Source of the DNA: Candidatus Poribacteria bacterium | GTDB taxonomy: Bacteria > Poribacteria > WGA-4E > WGA-3G | Direction of reading: 5' to 3' | Assembly: GCA_965215265.1 (NCBI GenBank) | Contig: OZ244048.1 | Coordinates: forward strand, 2,336,001-2,400,000 | Length of the DNA: 64,000 nucleotides | Shown here: in pieces, positions 59,178-64,000 of the stretch | Layout of the letters: each line of letters starts with the position of its first letter | How positions within the stretch are numbered: position 1 is the stretch's first letter | Made by a program: the position numbers and the translations under genes | The notes under the pieces: model-generated | What the model was told of the DNA's origin: nothing | What the model saw: the letters and a program-made list of their open reading frames with translations, nothing else | The model's database searches: none

Positions 59178-59546
59178 ATGCATCGTATAATTGTCTGGAG
59201 CACAGTACTCGGTGTTATTTTGCTGGTAGGCATCGGCATGATTTACGCGCTGCGTGCCCCGCGTAGTGTGCCAAAAACCTACCCTGCGGATAACGGACCT
59301 AACTTTATTGACGTTTCTGCCTATCCACAGAAAATGCAGGCAGCTTACGAGGTCTTTACAAGCAAATGTAGCCGGTGCCACACCGTCGCACGCCCGATTA
59401 ATTCCGCATTCGCACCAGAAGACTGGCGGAAGTATGTCTACAAAATGATGCGAAAACCCGGTTCCGGCCTCACCCCGAAGACAGCAGAACAGATTATAGA
59501 ATTCTTGATTTACGATGCACAGCATCGGGAGAAAAGTACACCATGA
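59178..59546 (+). CDS. Membrane-anchored monoheme c-type cytochrome
   Basis: N-terminal TM helix; CSRCH heme motif; KMM distal Met; ATGA overlap with the next gene. Confidence 0.85.
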   Translation: MHRIIVWSTVLGVILLVGIGMIYALRAPRSVPKTYPADNGPNFIDVSAYPQKMQAAYEVFTSKCSRCHTVARPINSAFAPEDWRKYVYKMMRKPGSGLTPKTAEQIIEFLIYDAQHREKSTP

Positions 59547-60616
59547 TAAAATTAATACTCACCACTATAGGCATCCTGTCTTGTGCAATTGGTGCACAAG
59601 CGGGCCAACATAAAACACTTCAAGTCACAATTGATGGAAAACTGGCCCGCCTGACACCGTCCCCCATATTAAAGGGTGGCAACTGGCTGGTGCCGGTGGA
59701 ACCTTTCTCGAAACAATTGGGATTGAAGGTAGAATACCCAGAAGGCGCAGAGATGGCTGTTATCTGTGGTAGGGGTGGAGCGGCGCTCTGCGTTCCGCTT
59801 CAAGTCGGACAGGACGCGTTTCTGATTGACGGCACCTTTTATGCCCAGCCTGCACGCATCACCGAACCGTTCGGATTGGAAATTTACAACGTTTCAGCAG
59901 TGCGGGTTGAAGTTGTCCGTCCAGAACAACTCGCACCGGCGTTCACCCTTCCGGACCTTGAGGGCAACCTGCGCCAGCTGCAAGACTTTCGCGGAAAAAA
60001 GACGTTACTCTATGTCTGGGGCTCATGGTGAGGCTGCCGTGGGCAACTGCCAGGCTGGCAGCAATTCTACGCCAAACACCGGGAAAAACTAAACCTCGTC
60101 TCCATTGCGATTGATGCACAAGGCACACCGGTCGTGAAACCGTGGCACGATGCCGCTAAGGCGGAATTCGTCACGCTCGTTGATGAACAAAACAGGCTCG
60201 GCACCAGTTACCGTCTCAAAGCGATACCGTACGGTATCATGATTGACGGAGCCGGTCGCCTCGTTAAGCCACCGTTTAGCATCAACGTCTCCGATAAAAA
60301 GACAATCGCAATGCTGGAACAGTGGATAGCAGAGCCGTCCTACAATGCAACGCTGCTCGCCAATTTCAAACCACTGAGGGTATTAGAGTCGCCAAACGTT
60401 GCAGAAGCCAAATCGCGGTTCCAATTAGGACTTGTGTTGCTGGAAGTCGGCAAAAAGGAGGAGGCGATGGCAGAATGGCGAAAAGCCCTCGCATTAGACC
60501 CGGGCAACTGGATTATTCATAAGCAAATTTGGGCAGTGGAGCATCCGGACAAATTTTATGAAGGCGATGTCGATTATGGCTGGCAGAAAGCGCAGCTAGA
60601 AGCGGAAGGGAAGTAG
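59543..60616 (+). CDS. Probable selenoprotein: secreted TlpA/AhpC-like redoxin (W-U-G-C) with C-terminal TPR
   Basis: ORFs 59543..60031 and 60134..60616 share one frame and are separated only by TGA 60029-60031 at the active-site Cys position; hairpin follows at 60047-60061. Confidence 0.8.
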
Positions 60617-60730
60617 TAGCAGCAAAAAGCGTGACGGTAAGGGCAAGGTTATCTCCCCCTTTACTTGTTGACAAAGCGGGTTCAAAGCACTAACCCGTAC
60701 AACAGTCGCGCTAAACAGCGGCAAAAAAAC

Positions 60731-61630
60731 TTATGATGCAACCGCCGCTGTCTCAAGCCGTTTTCTCTGTTCTTCTAACATTTTCTGCTGCCGTTTAACA
60801 CGTTCAGGAACTAATCTTTCTCGCGGTGCTGCCGGCTGGAAATCCAAACGGTTGCATCGTAAGCCGTTTAGCACCCCCAACTCAACAGGCGAAAAATCAT
60901 TAGCGTTCTCACGGTTGAAATTCATCGGTTCTTTGAGAGCGACCGGCGGGTTGGTAATAAAACGTGCCCGTCCCGATGGATTCTGCGATGCGGCGTGCAA
61001 AATAAACGGATGGAGCAGTACAACGTCCCCTGCTTTGCCCGTAATTTCGACAAAATCCTTGCACTTCTCAATGAGCCCGCCAAACCCATTTGGGAGCACC
61101 CCTTCCGGATGTTCGTACAGCCGCTGCGCCACGTGCTGGACAGAATCACACGCGACAAACGTGCCTCCGCTTTCCGGATAGATATCCGACCAGACGACAA
61201 TCGTCAGCAGCCCCTGCTCTGGGCTATCCAGAAAGTGGCGAAAGAAATCGCCATCCTTATGCCAGCCGCCGACTTCTGGAGAAGGGGGCTGCCATGGGCC
61301 TTCTGCACCTAGTGCAAAGTTAATAATAAAGCCGTCCCCCCACGACGGTGCCGGATTCGCAACTCGAGCTTCACCCCCGAGCAGGTCACAGATAGCATCC
61401 CACGCACGCGGGGCCACCTCCTTAATCGGCACCCGATTCATAGAAGGCAGATGGATGCGCGGCACCGCCCAAGTCGTTGAATCGTCCGGCTCGTAACCGA
61501 GCCGTTTATAAGCAAATGCTCTCCATTCCTCTGCTAATGCACGTGGAAAGCAGTCCTGCAGGATAATATGCCCTCTCTCAATGAAATGGGTAATATCCGC
61601 CTCGGCCAGTGTTTTGTAAGTTTTTGACAT
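60731..61630 (-). CDS. Phytanoyl-CoA dioxygenase (PhyH) family Fe/2OG protein
   Basis: WHKDG; GGT; GDVVLLHPFILHAAS. Confidence 0.85.
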   Translation of the reverse strand: MSKTYKTLAEADITHFIERGHIILQDCFPRALAEEWRAFAYKRLGYEPDDSTTWAVPRIHLPSMNRVPIKEVAPRAWDAICDLLGGEARVANPAPSWGDGFIINFALGAEGPWQPPSPEVGGWHKDGDFFRHFLDSPEQGLLTIVVWSDIYPESGGTFVACDSVQHVAQRLYEHPEGVLPNGFGGLIEKCKDFVEITGKAGDVVLLHPFILHAASQNPSGRARFITNPPVALKEPMNFNRENANDFSPVELGVLNGLRCNRLDFQPAAPRERLVPERVKRQQKMLEEQRKRLETAAVAS

Positions 61631-61682
61631 CAATTCCCCTCTCGTGTTGCCTCATGTAAATGCGAAAAGCCTGCTTACTGGC

Positions 61683-62894
61683 TTAAGAAGAAAGTTGCCC
61701 TAACAAGGTTTCCGCCAATTTCGTTGCAAATTCGTCATCATTAATATGAACGTCCATCTCAATTACTGTGACATTATCACCGATGTGTGCCTTCAGATTC
61801 TCCTGCCATGCATCGCGTGCTTCAGGCGAATTGAAAGGCTGCCCTGTTTTGTCAATTGCCGATACCCCTTGTGTCGGGATGATAACGGTTGTCGGGCCCT
61901 TCGCAGTACTAAGCTTACGTGCCATAATCTTGCCGAGTTCGGCTGTCTCTTGTGCAGTCGTCCGCATCAGCGTCACCGTTGGATTGTGCTGATAGAATTG
62001 CCGGTCGTTAAATTTTTCCGGCACTGTGTCCGGTGGTCCGAAATTCACCATGTCCAAAGCCCCCGGGGCGATGACTTGTGGCAGTGCTGCTTCTCCTGCG
62101 GCTTCCAGCCGCTCCGGTCCTGCACTCAAGATACCGCCTACCAATTCGTCTGCGAGCTCCGTCGTCGTCACGTCTAATACGCCGGCAAGGAATCCGCCTC
62201 TGACGAGCTCTTCCATTGCCCGCCCGCCGGTACCGGTTGCATGAAAAACGAGAACTTCATAGCCGGCTGCCTCAAGAATTTCTCGTGCTTTTGTCACACA
62301 AGGGGTTGTGACACCGAACATCGTGGCCGCGATAAGCGGTTTATCTGCAACCGCCTCCGGTGCTTCAGCTGTTACCATCCCAACCATCGCCCCCGCAGCG
62401 TTTGCCAAAATCTGTCGTGACAACCGATTGATGCCGGCGATGTCCACCACAGAATACATCATGCATATATCTTTGGACTGCACATACGGGCTCGTATCCC
62501 CTGATGCCAGCGTCGAGACCATCAACTTTGGAACTCCAACCGGCAGCGCCTGCATGGCAGTGGTGCCGATAGTTGTTCCTGCAGACCCACCGAGTGATAT
62601 GAGTCCATCAATTTTCCCAGCGGCGTGTTTTTCTGCAGCTATCGCAGCGGCACCTTGTGCCATCACTGCAACGCTATTACCCCGGTCGCCTTCATCTCGC
62701 AACGCTTGTAGAGACGAGCCCGCCTTCCGGGCAACATCATCTGCAGAAATATCCGGTTCCAGTTGCGGTTCCCCCAAGATGCCGGTATTAATAACGCACG
62801 TCGAGGTGCCACTGGACTCGATCTGTGCCTTGATGAATGCAAATTCGACCCCTTTGGTATCCATTGTCCCGACAATGCCAACCGTTTTCGCCAT
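61683..62894 (-). CDS. Tm-1-like ATP-binding domain protein (UPF0261)
   Basis: GTMDTKG; GGSAGT; TMFGVTTPCV; FHATGTGG; promoter TTGACA-17-TATAAT on minus strand at 62932-62960. Confidence 0.9.
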   Translation of the reverse strand: MAKTVGIVGTMDTKGVEFAFIKAQIESSGTSTCVINTGILGEPQLEPDISADDVARKAGSSLQALRDEGDRGNSVAVMAQGAAAIAAEKHAAGKIDGLISLGGSAGTTIGTTAMQALPVGVPKLMVSTLASGDTSPYVQSKDICMMYSVVDIAGINRLSRQILANAAGAMVGMVTAEAPEAVADKPLIAATMFGVTTPCVTKAREILEAAGYEVLVFHATGTGGRAMEELVRGGFLAGVLDVTTTELADELVGGILSAGPERLEAAGEAALPQVIAPGALDMVNFGPPDTVPEKFNDRQFYQHNPTVTLMRTTAQETAELGKIMARKLSTAKGPTTVIIPTQGVSAIDKTGQPFNSPEARDAWQENLKAHIGDNVTVIEMDVHINDDEFATKLAETLLGQLSS

Positions 62895-63179
62895 TGTGGC
62901 ATCCCCCTAAAAGCAAAAAGTTATATCCTTTATTATACGGATATTTTTAAATTATGTCAAGTCCGTCTACAACGGTTTCGTGTTCATTACCTTTTAACAA
63001 GACGTGCCAGAGGCGTTTTTCATCTTTTACTTCCCCCACACGAGCAGATTTGAATGCCAAACGCGGGAGATTAAAAATCGCCCGCACCTTAAGATGAAAT
63101 GAGAAAAAAAATTGACAGAATTTAATATATATGATATACTTTCTCACAGCAATTACAAGTCGCGGAGGTAAATATATAC

Positions 63180-63632
63180 GTGAAACCAATTGATTCTAAA
63201 CAGGCAGGCTTAACATCGATCCAGATTCTCGTTGTGGTTATCGTCATCGGGATTATTGCCGCTGTGCTATTAGCACCCCAGTTGCTTGGGCAGGCCGGTC
63301 GTGCGTTACAAGCACAAGCCGCTGAAGAAATTGAGGCCCTCGGCATTGCACTAGATAGATACGCGAAAGATAACGGTGATTATCCGTCAACCGAACAAGG
63401 CTTGAAAGCACTCTGGGAGAAACCTGAAGAGCCGCCACGGCCGATAAATTGGACGGGGCCCTATATGGACATCCCGATTACTGTGGATCCGTGGGGCAAT
63501 CCGTATATCTACATCCGGCCCGGTGTACACGATTCGTACGGGTACGACCTGATCTCTTTTGGCAGTGACGAACTTGAAGGTGGCACAGGCGAGGCTGAGG
63601 ACGTGGTCAGCTGGATCCGGCGTGACGAATAA
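63180..63632 (+). CDS. gspG: Type II secretion major pseudopilin GspG-like protein
   Basis: YPSTEQGLKAL; WTGPY; DPWGNPYIY; DLISFGSD; promoter TTGACA-17-TATACT at 63112-63140. Confidence 0.85.
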   Translation: MKPIDSKQAGLTSIQILVVVIVIGIIAAVLLAPQLLGQAGRALQAQAAEEIEALGIALDRYAKDNGDYPSTEQGLKALWEKPEEPPRPINWTGPYMDIPITVDPWGNPYIYIRPGVHDSYGYDLISFGSDELEGGTGEAEDVVSWIRRDE

Positions 63633-63752
63633 GGCCTACCCCCGCACAAAGGATGCGGGAAAAGTTGGCTATCTGGCAGAAATTTTTAACGTGTTAGTTA
63701 TACGCATGGACGATAGCACGCTCCCTACAATAACGTCGAACAGGGGCTCTCT

Positions 63753-64000
63753 ATAAAAATTACGCAGATTGAGGTTAGCAAAGTCAAAGTCCCATATCAT
63801 GATGGCATCGCTGAACTGATGACTCAGCGAAATCTTTACCAGATTGACTCCGTTTATCAAGTTCATACCGACGAAGGGCTGACCGGAATAGGCGACGGCC
63901 CCCACCTTGCGGATGAGATTATCCAACAATATATCGGCAGGGATTCGTTTGAGTTTATGAATGGATGGGCACCGACCCCTCTCTCGCAAGCGTTCTACGA
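63753..64000 (+). CDS. Mandelate racemase/enolase-superfamily protein, 5' part (runs off the window; begins at ATA)
   Basis: Translates as IKITQIEVSKVKVPY...VHTDEGLTGIGD...QAFY, the typical N-terminal capping domain. Confidence 0.7.
   Translation, partial: MKITQIEVSKVKVPYHDGIAELMTQRNLYQIDSVYQVHTDEGLTGIGDGPHLADEIIQQYIGRDSFEFMNGWAPTPLSQAFY

Overview
Bacterial chromosomal window. The lineage is most likely Candidatus Poribacteria (inference from several secreted proteins ending in a KLxxxWxx(L/I)K tail, plus LamG, PhyH, FGE-sulfatase and LRR/lamin-tail proteins). The housekeeping backbone includes mutS2-dnaG-rpoD, nine tRNAs (among them all four tRNA-Ser isoacceptors), tadA, a large SRP RNA, dnaX-ybaB-recR, mnmG-rsmG, a partner-switching operon, galK/ROK kinase, GH32 and gspG. 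The accessory signals are more interesting. (1) Three tandem FGE-sulfatase (CLec-fold) genes at 19.4-23.7 kb have 3' ends with a codon pattern typical of diversity-generating retroelements (DGRs), each followed by a conserved hairpin; no reverse transcriptase or template repeat is in the window. The region is preceded by a doubled perfect sigma70 promoter, and the third gene has a 39-bp array of in-frame SD+start cassettes. (2) A Type IIG restriction-modification gene is split by a frameshift across a C8 tract or ~148-nt insert. (3) A probable selenoprotein (W-U-G-C redoxin-TPR with a SECIS-like hairpin) was split into two ORFs by the ORF track. (4) An Rpn-like PD-(D/E)XK nuclease has a strong internal SD+ATG, suggesting an intragenic antitoxin. 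(5) A giant surface protein carries an in-frame C10 tract. All calls come from reading the sequence by eye; no searches were run.
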